64,000 nucleotides of DNA. Origin: Clostridia bacterium (GTDB lineage: Bacteria > Bacillota > Clostridia > UMGS1883). Positions 48,823-59,700 of this stretch are shown here, piece after piece. The number at the start of each line of letters is the position of its first letter. Positions within the stretch are counted from its first letter, which is position 1. The DNA is taken from positions 345 to 64,344 of the forward strand of contig JAZUOX010000070.1 of assembly GCA_045604905.1 (NCBI GenBank), written 5' to 3'. The position numbers were made by a program, and so were the translations under genes. A model generated the notes under the pieces. The model was not told the origin of the DNA and did no database searches. It saw only the letters and a program-made list of their open reading frames with translations.

Positions 48823-50415
48823 TTATTCGGGGATATATGCACGAACGGAATGAACGTAAAATTCATTGCCGCTTGATGTACCGATTGTAAAGTCAGCGTT
48901 TGCAATCTGACTTGCAGCCATAGAGTTAGTAAATGAAGCGTCGGGGAGTTCAAACCTTACTCTCTGCCACTTGCCTGTATCGGTAGCAGGTACTATGATG
49001 GGAGCATTTCCGTCATAGTTGTATGAGAATACAATATTCTCTTCTGGAGTTTCTGTATAGTATTCAACCTCAACAGTAACAGTTGAAGAATCTGTAATAG
49101 CCTTAGTTGTTACGTCACATTCGAGGTTAGTTCCTGAGGATACCTTAACTGCACCCTTGCCGTCAAGCTGAACTTTTTCGATACCGTCAGCCTTATCGTT
49201 GAATTTAACACCATTATTTATGTAACCGCCCAGAACTCTGCCTGTTGCTTCCTTCATAAGCTCGTTATACTGGCTTGTAGGAAGAACTGAAAGGCTGTAA
49301 ATTTTAAGGCCCTTACCGCCTGATGCGAAAATTCTGAGCTTACAGTAGCTGTTACCCGATGTCGTTGCAAGCTCACCAAAGTTACAGTTAGTTACACGGT
49401 AAGCAATCGTTTTCCACTGCTTTGTGTTACCAAGTGTACCGGCTGACGCACCTGTATAAAGACCGTTAGCATCCTGACCAATACGGCAATAGTCCATAAT
49501 GATACTCTTGTTGCTGTAGCCCATGTCGTCATCAAAATATGTCATAATGAATGTAAGGTCAGGCTGGTCTGCAAGCTCCGCTGCGTATTCGGGAGAAAAC
49601 TTAAACGGAATTCTTGTTACGATGTCACGTCCGCCATAGCCGTCCATTGAGGGGTTAACTGTTGCTCTGCAGGCAAGACCGTCTGCCTCTGAAGCACCTG
49701 TAAAGCCGTAGTAAGAAGTACTCTTTTCATTACAGAAAAGAAGTCCGCCGCTTTCAATGATGTTATCACCGTCAAGAATAACAGTGGGGATATTCTTTGT
49801 CATAAGATCAATAGCGATTGCCTGTGCCGATTCAACACCTTCATCGTCAACTGCCTTAACTGAGTAGTTTGTCTCCACGCCACGTTCCTGATTTGTAACA
49901 GTGAAGCTATTGTCAGATGTGTTACCGAGAAGTATGCCCATGTTATAAACATTGTAAGAGGTTACACCGTTGTAGTCGTCGTCACCGTCGTTCCATTCAA
50001 GGTCAACTGTTGTAAGTGTCTGGTCGGGAGATGTAATCTCTGTTGCGGAAACAGGTGCACCGTTTTCAAGAGGAGTACGAAGTTCTTCCCCATCCCACAC
50101 ATAGTACGAAAGAGTAGAATCTGCACTTTTATCAGCAATTTCAACCTCAATCTGTTCAGATGCTCCCTGTGCGAGTGTATATGTATCGCTTGCAGCAATA
50201 GCAGTTATTTCATCATCTTCATTTGTATAAACAGCGATAACCTTAACATCTGCCTCGTCTGAAGTGTTGTTTGTAACAAACACTTTTACGCAGTCTGTCA
50301 GATAATCATCCGTTCTTTCAATCAGAACTTTTTCCACAGCGGCAAAAGCAGACATCGAAACCATTGACACTGCCATAACTATTACCAGTAATGCTGCTCC
50401 TATTTTCTTTAACAT
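48823..50415 (-). CDS. Secreted protein with FN3 and two CBM-like beta-sandwich domains
   Basis: Signal peptide; VDLEW..GVTSYNVY..YSVKAVD..GVES (FN3); NT..WK/GKWQ..F..DA.F modules. Confidence 0.7.
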   Translation of the reverse strand: MLKKIGAALLVIVMAVSMVSMSAFAAVEKVLIERTDDYLTDCVKVFVTNNTSDEADVKVIAVYTNEDDEITAIAASDTYTLAQGASEQIEVEIADKSADSTLSYYVWDGEELRTPLENGAPVSATEITSPDQTLTTVDLEWNDGDDDYNGVTSYNVYNMGILLGNTSDNSFTVTNQERGVETNYSVKAVDDEGVESAQAIAIDLMTKNIPTVILDGDNIIESGGLLFCNEKSTSYYGFTGASEADGLACRATVNPSMDGYGGRDIVTRIPFKFSPEYAAELADQPDLTFIMTYFDDDMGYSNKSIIMDYCRIGQDANGLYTGASAGTLGNTKQWKTIAYRVTNCNFGELATTSGNSYCKLRIFASGGKGLKIYSLSVLPTSQYNELMKEATGRVLGGYINNGVKFNDKADGIEKVQLDGKGAVKVSSGTNLECDVTTKAITDSSTVTVEVEYYTETPEENIVFSYNYDGNAPIIVPATDTGKWQRVRFELPDASFTNSMAASQIANADFTIGTSSGNEFYVHSVRAYIPE

Positions 50416-50768
50416 AACAATTCCTCCTTATTGGATATATAAAAATTTATAATTATAATCAACTTATTGAGGTCAGCAGTTTCTTCAAAAACTACACCTA
50501 CCCACTATAACTATACATCTAATATGATAACATATGTTTTAATATATAACAATACGTTTTTAGACTAAAATTATATGTTTTTAGACATTTTTAACGTTTC
50601 GAGCACTCTTATAATATAATTTTAACATAAAATCGCGTAAATTCAAATGGAAATATCCCTTTTGTTATATGTAAATTTTCCCTATTTCAGTATATTTTTT
50701 TAATTCCAATGCTGTCCCTTGTTGCACTACACAATTTACCCCAACTATTGAAAAATTTGAGGCAAAAA

Positions 50769-50800
50769 AATTTGACGCAGGATTTTTCCTGCGTCAAATT
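50769..50800 (-). terminator. Terminator of the ABC operon
   Basis: AATTTGACGCAGGA-TTTT-TCCTGCGTCAAATT. Confidence 0.88.
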
Positions 50801-50814
50801 ATATTTATTTTTTA

Positions 50815-52542
50815 TTATCTTGCGTTGTATGAATCAAAAGCTTCCTGCTTCATCTGAATCATCTTGTCAAGTCCCATATCTTTAAGAGTCTGTACATAAG
50901 AATCAAACTCTGAAAGCGGTCTTGTGCCCTTAACAAACTTGATGTATTCCTGCTGAACGTATGCAGTAATATCTACATAAAGCTTTGAATATTCCTGAGC
51001 GTATTCGTCTGCAACACCTGTGTTAGGAACATAGTGGTCGAATACGTTGGTATCGCACCAAACTTCCCAAGCTGCGTGCTGCTGAGGACGCATTGCGTAC
51101 TGTTCAAGATATCTGGGGTCCTGACGGTACTGTCCGCCGCCACCTGCGCCGCCTGCCTGAGCATACTTAGCAAACGCTTCCTGCATTGTAAGAGTCGGGT
51201 TAGCTGTAATTTCTTCTGTGTACTTAGGATACTTGCTTGTTTCCATCTTGTAAGAACCATCTTCGTTCTTAATGTAACCACCAAACGCATCTGTTGCTCT
51301 GTGCTCTGTTTCTACCCATTCGTAAGAAACACCTTCGATACCGAAGTTAAAGAGCATGTGGCCCTTTTCTGTGTAACCGTAGTTGAGCCACTTCATAGCA
51401 AGCTCAGGATCCTTACACTGTGATGAAATAGAAGCTACAGGATTGAAGCGCTGTGATGACTGACCAAATTCACTCTTGCTGCCGTCAAGTGTGGGGTAAG
51501 GCGCACCAATGAATATAGCATCCTTGTTGGGGTCGTCAGCAGTCTTAGCTTCAACGTTTGAAGAAAGTGTTCCGATACCGCCACCAAGTGCGTTCCATGT
51601 AGCACCTGCTTTACCGTTAAGAAGCTTTGCATTAATGTCTGTACCTGCAATTGTATCAAAGCTGCTGTCAAAGAGACCTTCCTTATACCACTTATTCATA
51701 GTAGTAAGATATTCTTTATAACCAGCTTCTGCAGGACCGAACTTAACTACGTTATTATCATGATAATAGTCATTGTTTATTCCATATGCGCCTGTAATGA
51801 AACCGCAGTAGAAGCCCTGACTTGACATAGAAAGAGGAGCTGTTGCACCCTTCTTCTCTTTGAAAGCTTTAAGCATTACATACCAGTCATCAACTGTCTT
51901 GGGGATTTCAAGACCGAGATCTTCAAGCCAGTCACCTCTTACGATGGGACCTGCTGTTGTGTTAAGTTCACGGTCAGGAGCAATTGTACCGAATGCAAAG
52001 TAGTGACCATTGTCAGTCTTTGCTTCCTTTGCAACTGAATCAGGATACTTCTCTAAAAGAGAGTAGTAATCGGGAGCCCAAGCTTCGAGCATATTGTTTC
52101 CTTCTTCATTAAGGGGAAGGATAACACCGTCAGCGATAGCAGCCTTAGAACCGCCTGTGTAGCTGTTCATATTCCAACCGATAATGTCGGGAAGATTACC
52201 ACTTGCAATCATAAGAGTAAACTTTTCAGAAGCATTTGTAAGAGAGGGGTGTATGTATTCAACCTTTACACCTGTCTGCTTCTCAAGCTCTTTAGCAAAG
52301 GGGAGTTCGCCATAGTTTGTAGGAGCTGACTTCTGTACAGCTGCTGTTGTTGCTCTCCAATAAGTTAGTGTTACGTCTTCTGCGCCTTCAATGGGATATG
52401 TTGAGCCATACTTAGATGACTTAATATCAAATTCCGCATTGTTTGTAGCGCTCTTCTTACCACAACCAGTGAATACGCTGAATGCAAGAATTACAGCAAG
52501 GCTGAGAACAAGAAGTTTTTTGAGTAATTTGATGTTCTTCAT
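50815..52542 (-). CDS. Carbohydrate ABC transporter solute-binding lipoprotein (LplA-like)
   Basis: Lipobox FTGC, LMIASGNLPDI, VRGDWLEDLGLEIPKT. Confidence 0.92.
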   Translation of the reverse strand: MKNIKLLKKLLVLSLAVILAFSVFTGCGKKSATNNAEFDIKSSKYGSTYPIEGAEDVTLTYWRATTAAVQKSAPTNYGELPFAKELEKQTGVKVEYIHPSLTNASEKFTLMIASGNLPDIIGWNMNSYTGGSKAAIADGVILPLNEEGNNMLEAWAPDYYSLLEKYPDSVAKEAKTDNGHYFAFGTIAPDRELNTTAGPIVRGDWLEDLGLEIPKTVDDWYVMLKAFKEKKGATAPLSMSSQGFYCGFITGAYGINNDYYHDNNVVKFGPAEAGYKEYLTTMNKWYKEGLFDSSFDTIAGTDINAKLLNGKAGATWNALGGGIGTLSSNVEAKTADDPNKDAIFIGAPYPTLDGSKSEFGQSSQRFNPVASISSQCKDPELAMKWLNYGYTEKGHMLFNFGIEGVSYEWVETEHRATDAFGGYIKNEDGSYKMETSKYPKYTEEITANPTLTMQEAFAKYAQAGGAGGGGQYRQDPRYLEQYAMRPQQHAAWEVWCDTNVFDHYVPNTGVADEYAQEYSKLYVDITAYVQQEYIKFVKGTRPLSEFDSYVQTLKDMGLDKMIQMKQEAFDSYNAR

Positions 52543-52574
52543 TTTCTTTCTTCCTTTCTTTTTTTTGTTTTATG

Positions 52575-53459
52575 TTATCCTTTAACTGCACCGATCATTA
52601 CGCCCTTAGCAAAGTATTTCTGCAAGAAGGGATATACGCAAAGAATCGGAACAGTGGAAACCACAATTATTGCATACTTCAAAGTTTCACTTACAGCCGC
52701 AGACTCTTCACCAAGACCGATGTCACCTACCATAGCAGTTGTATCGTTCTTGATAACAGTGTTACGAAGGAAAAGCTGCAACGGATACTTTTCAGCATCC
52801 TCAATGTAGATAGAAGCACCGAACCATGAATTCCAGTGACCTACAAGGTAGTAAAGAACTATAACTGCAAGAGTCGCCTTTGAAAGAGGAACCATTATCT
52901 GAGAAAGAATTCTGAAATGACCTGCACCGTCAATTCTTGCTGCCTCATACAAACTTTCGGGAATTGCATTAAAGGCTGTTCTTAAAACTATCATATTATA
53001 TGTACCAATAGCACCGGGAAGTATCAAAGCCCAGAAGGTATTATAAATACCGAGGTGCTGTACAACCAAGTATGAAGGAACAAGGCCACCGCCAAAGTAC
53101 ATAGTAACAAGAATAAGCTTCATCATAATTCCCTTAAGAAGGAATTCTTTTCTAGTAAGAACATATGCTGCAAATGTAGTCATAAGCATATTGACAATCA
53201 ATGACACAACACAGATGTAGATAGTATTACCAAAGCATCTGAAAAGCTGACCGTCTTCAAAGACAAGCTTAAATGCATCAACATTCGCTCTTAAAGGAAG
53301 TAAAAGCACACCTGTATGAGCCTGAAGGTCACTACCGTTACTGAAAGCTGCCATAAACACATGCCAAAGAGGATAAAGTGTTACTACACAAAGGAGTGAA
53401 AGCACAATTACATTCACAACCTGGAAAATTTTTACGCCTGTTGAATCTTTAATTTTCAT
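52575..53459 (-). CDS. Carbohydrate ABC transporter permease (LplC-like)
   Basis: EAARIDGAG EAA motif, YPFLQKYFAKG. Confidence 0.95.
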   Translation of the reverse strand: MKIKDSTGVKIFQVVNVIVLSLLCVVTLYPLWHVFMAAFSNGSDLQAHTGVLLLPLRANVDAFKLVFEDGQLFRCFGNTIYICVVSLIVNMLMTTFAAYVLTRKEFLLKGIMMKLILVTMYFGGGLVPSYLVVQHLGIYNTFWALILPGAIGTYNMIVLRTAFNAIPESLYEAARIDGAGHFRILSQIMVPLSKATLAVIVLYYLVGHWNSWFGASIYIEDAEKYPLQLFLRNTVIKNDTTAMVGDIGLGEESAAVSETLKYAIIVVSTVPILCVYPFLQKYFAKGVMIGAVKG

Positions 53460-53478
53460 AGTTTATTATCCTCCTTTC

Positions 53479-54432
53479 TTAGAACAATGATGTGCCGCTA
53501 AGCTTATCGCTGACTTTATTTGTTATAACAATCAAAATAATGTTGATTACTGAGTTAAACAGACCAACCGCGGTACTGAGACCAAAGTTATTATCAACAA
53601 GACCGATTCTGTATGTATATGTAGAAATAACGTCAGCTGATTCATAAATACCCGGGTTGTAAAGAAGAAGTATCTTCTCGTATCCTACAGAAAGCATTGC
53701 GCCCATCTTCATAATAAAGAGAATTATGATTGTGGGAAGAATTCCGGGGATTGTTACATGCCATGTCTGTGCAAGCTTTCCCGCACCGTCAATTTCAGCA
53801 GCTTCATAAAGTTCCTGGTCAACGGAGCTGAGTGCTGCAAGATAAATAATTGAGTTCCAGCCAATTTCCTGCCAGATACCTGATATTACGTATATAGGAA
53901 CGAACATATGCGATTTTGAAAGCATATCCAATCCGTCATAGCCGAAAACCTGCAACAACTCGTTAATCAAGCCGCCTTCACCAACAAACATACGCACCAT
54001 TGAGCATACAATAACTATTGAAATGAAGTGAGGCATATATGTAATAGTCTGAACTGTTTTAGCAAATTTCTTATTGCGCACTTCATTGATAAGAAGCGCA
54101 AGTATAATAGGTGCAGGAAAAGAGAAAATCAATGTACTTATACTGATTGTAAGAGTGTTTTTCATCTTTTCAAAGAAATAGGGGCTGCTGAGAAACTGCT
54201 GGAAGTTTCCAAAGCCAACCCATTCACTTCCACTCATTCCGAGGAAAGGTTTATAATTCTGGAAAGCGATAAGTGCGCCGTACATAGGCCAATAACAGAA
54301 AATAGCATAGAAAAGTATTACAGGGATAATCATAACATATAATTCCCAGTTACTACTTACAGTGTTTAACTTTTTCCGAAAGCCTGACTTTACGACTACA
54401 CCTCCCGTTACATTTTGGTTGTTTTTTTTCAT
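53479..54432 (-). CDS. Carbohydrate ABC transporter permease (LplB-like)
   Basis: YMPHFIS, ELYEAAEIDGAG, STAVGLFNS. Confidence 0.95.
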   Translation of the reverse strand: MKKNNQNVTGGVVVKSGFRKKLNTVSSNWELYVMIIPVILFYAIFCYWPMYGALIAFQNYKPFLGMSGSEWVGFGNFQQFLSSPYFFEKMKNTLTISISTLIFSFPAPIILALLINEVRNKKFAKTVQTITYMPHFISIVIVCSMVRMFVGEGGLINELLQVFGYDGLDMLSKSHMFVPIYVISGIWQEIGWNSIIYLAALSSVDQELYEAAEIDGAGKLAQTWHVTIPGILPTIIILFIMKMGAMLSVGYEKILLLYNPGIYESADVISTYTYRIGLVDNNFGLSTAVGLFNSVINIILIVITNKVSDKLSGTSLF

Positions 54433-54498
54433 AACACATCCCCTTCTGTCGTTATGTCCCATTTTACACGGTGACAAATAATATTATCATATGTTACT

Positions 54499-54527
54499 AT
54501 TATAGCCTCTTTTAACAAAATTGTCAA
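54499..54527 (-). promoter_or_regulatory. sigmaA promoter of the ABC operon
   Basis: TTGACA-17-TATAAT. Confidence 0.75.
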
Positions 54528-54668
54528 TATTTTTATGCAAATTGGCTTAAAATGTGAGATTTTGACTCGGCAAGAGCTGAAAACCCCTTTGTTAAGCGGT
54601 TTGCGGGTTTGTGCAATTTTACCATAAATGACAATTCTAAAATTTTTTCAAAATTATTTTGTGCCATT

Positions 54669-56756
54669 CTATTCGCCCAGCATATTCATAACAGCAACAC
54701 CTGCTGTAAGCACGATACCAACTCCGTGATCATCATCCACAATGGTGCCAAGGTCAAGATAGTATTTTTCTTCCTTGTTGCATCCTGATCCCATACATAC
54801 ACCGTAGACGATTCCGTCAGAATCAACACATTTTTCAGTAAGACCTTCCCACGCTTCAACAATGTCATCCTTTATGCTTTCATCGAGCCAACCGTATTTT
54901 ACCCCTCTTGCAAGTCCTGTGATAAACATTGCACTTCCGCTTGTTTCCACATAACTGTTATGATTATTTATTACCTGATGCCAGATTTTTTCATTTTTGT
55001 CACGGCAATTGAGAACGCCCTTGGCAAAGTTTTGAAAAATTTCAAGAATACGGTTATAGTCCTTGTGAGTTTTGGGCATAAGCATAAGAACTTCACTGAT
55101 TGCAACCATTACCCAGCCGTTGCCTCTTCCCCAGGGAACGCGGTTTGCAAATTCTTCAGGCGGAAAATAGATATGTGAATAGATATCCTGGTCGTGCATA
55201 TACATTCTTTCCCAGAAACCGATAATCTGTCTTGCCGCTTCGTCAAAATATTTTTCTTCTCCTGTAATCACGCCATAGCGTGCAAGAAAAGGAAGGCACA
55301 TATACATATCATCTGTCCACATTGTTTTTACTCTGTGGAAAGTGCCGTCCGGGAAACGGGGAACCTCTGTCATAAGACCGTATGCAAGGGCTTCAAGCAT
55401 ACCTTTCGCCTTTACATCACCTGTCATCATATAATACTCGGAAATAACAAGACCGTAGCTTCCGATTGCGTCAAGGTTGTTAAACTTACCTGCACCGCCC
55501 ATGTATTTTGACCATCCCAGTGCCTCTCTTTGATGTTTACCATAGTCCCGGTGTGCACATATTGTATCTATGCATGATGTAAAATAATCGTAAAACTCGG
55601 TTATTCCCAGCTTTGACGCAGCGTGACGCATACCCTCAAGACCGACCATAATGGCATAAAACCACTGTCCGTAGAAAGATGTAGTCATATACTGATAAAG
55701 ATATGTATTTTTCCTGTAGAAAAGCCAGTATACGGTTTTTCCGCACACAGAAACCATAGGTGTTCTGAAATCAAGATTATATTCGGGAACATAGGGATAT
55801 TCAATCGGGTCCGTATCTCTTCCGAAAGGTCCTGCCCATACCCACTGGAGGTCAGGAGTATCAGCACCCGTTACAAATTCAAGGCGGTTTTCGCCGTGAG
55901 TTGCCTTAAATCCCCATTTTCCGTTCTCGTTAAGGCTCTTTATAAGAAGCGTGGTAAATTCAGCAAAATCTGCTTCAAACTTACCGTTTGCTTTACCCTC
56001 ATAAATGAGTTCTTTATTCGCAAAAATTCTTATCGGGGAGCTATGCTCTATTAAAAGCTTGCCCTTTGCCTCTGTATATACATATGTAGCTCTGCCGTTT
56101 CCTTTGCAAAGCTCTATAAAGTCAAATTCCTTGACGTTTGTCTGCTTCGGCATTACGGGAAACACCCAGTCAATTGTTTCCATAGAAACTGACGGAGTTT
56201 CGTCCTTTTTATAAAGGCGGGAATAACGCATACACTCCATCCCGTTATATCCTTCACACTCAACGTAAGAGTATGTATTATATCCGTAGCCGTCAGCACC
56301 CATATGAAGTCCCGGCATAAGGTTACGGATTGCCACCTGAAAACTGTCTTCTTCTGCAGGAACCTTTACTATAACAAGGTTTTTCCCTTCTTTAAATGTA
56401 ACATCTGCTTCATAGGACATCTGTCCGCGGATTTCAACAGCTTTGACTTCTTTCTTTTCACCGTTAAAGTACACCTCACAGGACTTATTCTTCACAATAT
56501 TTATATGCATATCTTTTTCATAAATTCCATCCGCATAGTATGCCATAAACACATAGTCGCCAACCTGCGCATCAGGATAAATTTTTGAAAAATCTGTTCC
56601 TGAATTGTATATCATATGCAGATTTTCAAAAATTGTAAGGGGGCGGTATACAACAGCATCTTTTTTGCGAGTTACAAGCATCCTGTCATATATTCCACGG
56701 AGAATTTCCGCATTTGTGCTTTTTACATCTCTGATTGATTTTTCACAGTACTTCAT
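54669..56756 (-). CDS. GH105/GH88 unsaturated glycuronyl hydrolase with long N-terminal extension
   Basis: MWTDDMYM, WGRGNGW, WHQVI, ETSGSAM, HGVG motifs in the C-terminal half. Confidence 0.88.
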   Translation of the reverse strand: MKYCEKSIRDVKSTNAEILRGIYDRMLVTRKKDAVVYRPLTIFENLHMIYNSGTDFSKIYPDAQVGDYVFMAYYADGIYEKDMHINIVKNKSCEVYFNGEKKEVKAVEIRGQMSYEADVTFKEGKNLVIVKVPAEEDSFQVAIRNLMPGLHMGADGYGYNTYSYVECEGYNGMECMRYSRLYKKDETPSVSMETIDWVFPVMPKQTNVKEFDFIELCKGNGRATYVYTEAKGKLLIEHSSPIRIFANKELIYEGKANGKFEADFAEFTTLLIKSLNENGKWGFKATHGENRLEFVTGADTPDLQWVWAGPFGRDTDPIEYPYVPEYNLDFRTPMVSVCGKTVYWLFYRKNTYLYQYMTTSFYGQWFYAIMVGLEGMRHAASKLGITEFYDYFTSCIDTICAHRDYGKHQREALGWSKYMGGAGKFNNLDAIGSYGLVISEYYMMTGDVKAKGMLEALAYGLMTEVPRFPDGTFHRVKTMWTDDMYMCLPFLARYGVITGEEKYFDEAARQIIGFWERMYMHDQDIYSHIYFPPEEFANRVPWGRGNGWVMVAISEVLMLMPKTHKDYNRILEIFQNFAKGVLNCRDKNEKIWHQVINNHNSYVETSGSAMFITGLARGVKYGWLDESIKDDIVEAWEGLTEKCVDSDGIVYGVCMGSGCNKEEKYYLDLGTIVDDDHGVGIVLTAGVAVMNMLGE

Positions 56757-56772
56757 AAGGTTTACCTCCTGC

Positions 56773-59700
56773 TTACTTTTCTGTTACCGAAATATTTTTG
56801 ACCAAAAGGTCGGTTTCTTCACCCTTTATAGTGAAGTCCGTTCCCATTATTTTAAGGTTTTCTGCATTAATTCCGCTTAATGTTACGGTTGCAGTCTTGA
56901 TGCTTCCCGTGTTTGTGCGAGCAATATTTTCTGTATAGTTTACAATCTTGTTTTTACCGTTTACTTTCTCCCACTTTATGTAGTCTATAACGATATTATC
57001 TGTTCCATTATCTACATAGTCAAAAGTAATTTTCACATCAACTGTTTCCTTTTCAAAAGCAGTGATGTTTACATTCATATGATTACCATTTGCAATATTA
57101 TAAAATTTCTGATCGTTTACATTCTTTCTTGAAAGAAAGAAATCTGTATCTTCGTAGCTTGTAGTAGAACAAGTATCAGAAAGAATGATATCTTCACCGT
57201 CTGCTACACTGTTTATAATATCGGAAACATCCATCCAACCGAAACGGATTGTTGTAAGATCTTCGGAATAAAGTCCGAAAATGACCTTTGTTCCGTCATG
57301 GGAGAAGCAGGGATGTGTATGTCCCGGGTCTTTACCGTTCTGAGGAAGAGTAGCAAGAAGATATGACTTGCCTGTATAACAATCTATAAGCACAAGCTGT
57401 GTAACAGAGCCGTTATAGGCTGTATCAGACACTACAAAGCGGTCTGTAACAGTGCTTCCGGCAGAATGAAGATAATTGTAGTCATTGTTTACATATCTTC
57501 TGTCAGAACCGTCAAGTTTGAAAAGAGTAATACCGCCGGGAGTAGTCCTTGACGAATTTGCAAACATCATCAGTTCACCCGAATGCATCCATGCCTCATG
57601 ACTTACAGTTTCCGCAGGAACACTGTCATAGAGCATCTTTTGTTTGAACAGATTTACATATTCTCCCGTGTCACGGTCAAGAAGCCATATTCTTTCTGGG
57701 TTACCTTCACCATTGTCACCTGTACCCTCGTGAGCAAATGCCACAAAGTTTGAATAGGCAGGATTCGGATTAAGGTTCATATGGTCAGGTGCACAAATTT
57801 TTGTGTCGAATCCGTGTATGTACCTTAAATCCCACTCCCCTGTGTTTATATCCATTACGGGAATACGCTTCTTCTTTGTCACATCAAATTCTGTACTGTT
57901 GTTTTCTGTTATTTCGATGCTTAAATACGTTTCATTGTCATTCACCTGCAAAAGTCCTGCTGCACCGATATTCATATCAAGCGGAAGTGTTCCCACAACC
58001 TCTTTTTCGTAGTTTGACCTCATACGGACAATTTCTTTATTCTTTCTTACATAGAACACATTTCCGTATTTTGAAACCATTACAAGATTCTGTCCAAAAA
58101 GGGAATCTATGTATTTATATTTTTCCGATTCTATGTCAAATTCGTAAAGTCTGTACTGATTGTCATAGAAATAGAATTTTTCTCTGTTTTTAGCCCATAC
58201 AGGCATTGTATAGTAACTGCGTATTGCATGTTCTCCATTAAGGTCAATTGTGTAATAAGTTCTGTCTGTTTCTTCGTCTGTATGCTCAATGGGAGTTATA
58301 TTTCCGTTAAGCTTGTGAGGAAAAAAATACTTCTCGCGAATCGGAGACAGTTTTCCGTTTGAATCCAGGAAGAAGACTTTCAGCTTCGCACCGTCAATAG
58401 TTTCGGGTATTGTAAGAAACGGGAAGTTTACATTAATAATACCGTCGGTTGCTTCACCTTTTATAATTGCTATATCGTGAAGTTTATCATTGCTGTACAC
58501 GCCTGCAATAAAAGCAGAGCTTTCAAGAGTTATATCGTCTGTAAAATTATAAAGCTGAACATCTGCACTGAATTCATCTCCCGGATTAAGGTAACCCAGG
58601 TCAGTTAACTTTTCACCATCTTTGCTTATAGCAATATCTGCAGTCATACCCTGAGTGCTGTATGTTGCAAAATCGTCAATATACAGTTCTCCTTTAGGCA
58701 TTGACCTGAAAGGATTAGCGGAGAAATAAACAAGCTCTGTCGCTTTTAAAGAAGGATCTACACCCGATTCCACCATGAAGTTTAAAGGCGTAGGGGTCAC
58801 GCATTTATCATTTATAAATATATTAAAGGTTTTATTGAAAAGGTCTATTTCCATTTTCAGCTTAAACCATTCATCCGGAGATGCTAAGTTTGACGCAAGT
58901 GCAACTGACTTATTTGCACCTGCCAGAGGGTCATAGGACGACATACGCATACTGGTAGACGTTTTTGACGCATAAATGTGCATCTGCGCATAAGACTTGC
59001 TACCTGCAATACCTTCATACCTTCCGTAAATATTCAGATTGTAAATCTGCTGAATATCAATAGCCTTGCCGACTTTCATTCTTGTTTCAATTATGACATC
59101 ACGCTTGGATGCATCCGAATATCTGTAATAGAAAGAATTACTGTCGGTCACGCTAACCTCGGTATCTTTCACAGTGCGGAAGCCTACTACAGAATGATTA
59201 TTGCCTTCTTTCACATACTTTGAATCGAGCAGTCCATCCTTTTTCGGTGTCCAGTTAAGATACCAACCTCCATTTTCTGCAGTGGTTCTTTGCCCTACAA
59301 GGTCGGGATAATAGAAAGATTCCGACTCATACACTTTGTAATCTGTACCTTTTACAATAAATCTAAAGGTCTTTGTCTGTGAAAAGTCAGAACCGTCTTT
59401 CGTTACGGTAGCGTAAAGGATAGCTTCTTTATCCTCTTCGTTTCTTATAATTTCGCCCTCAGTGCCATTTATTACGAGGTTATCGCTGCCGCTTTCAAAA
59501 ATCACTTTCACGTCTTCATAGCCTTCAATCACAGCTCTTGAAAGGTCAAGATTCTGTGTCACTGCAAATTCTGATTCTGCCGAAAAATTCTCGTGAGAAA
59601 GAAGTGAATACACGTCAACAATTTCTTTTTCGTCAATATCGTCATACTTTGTTATGACGCACATATTGTCAATTCCGAGAGAATGTCCAACAACGTTTGT

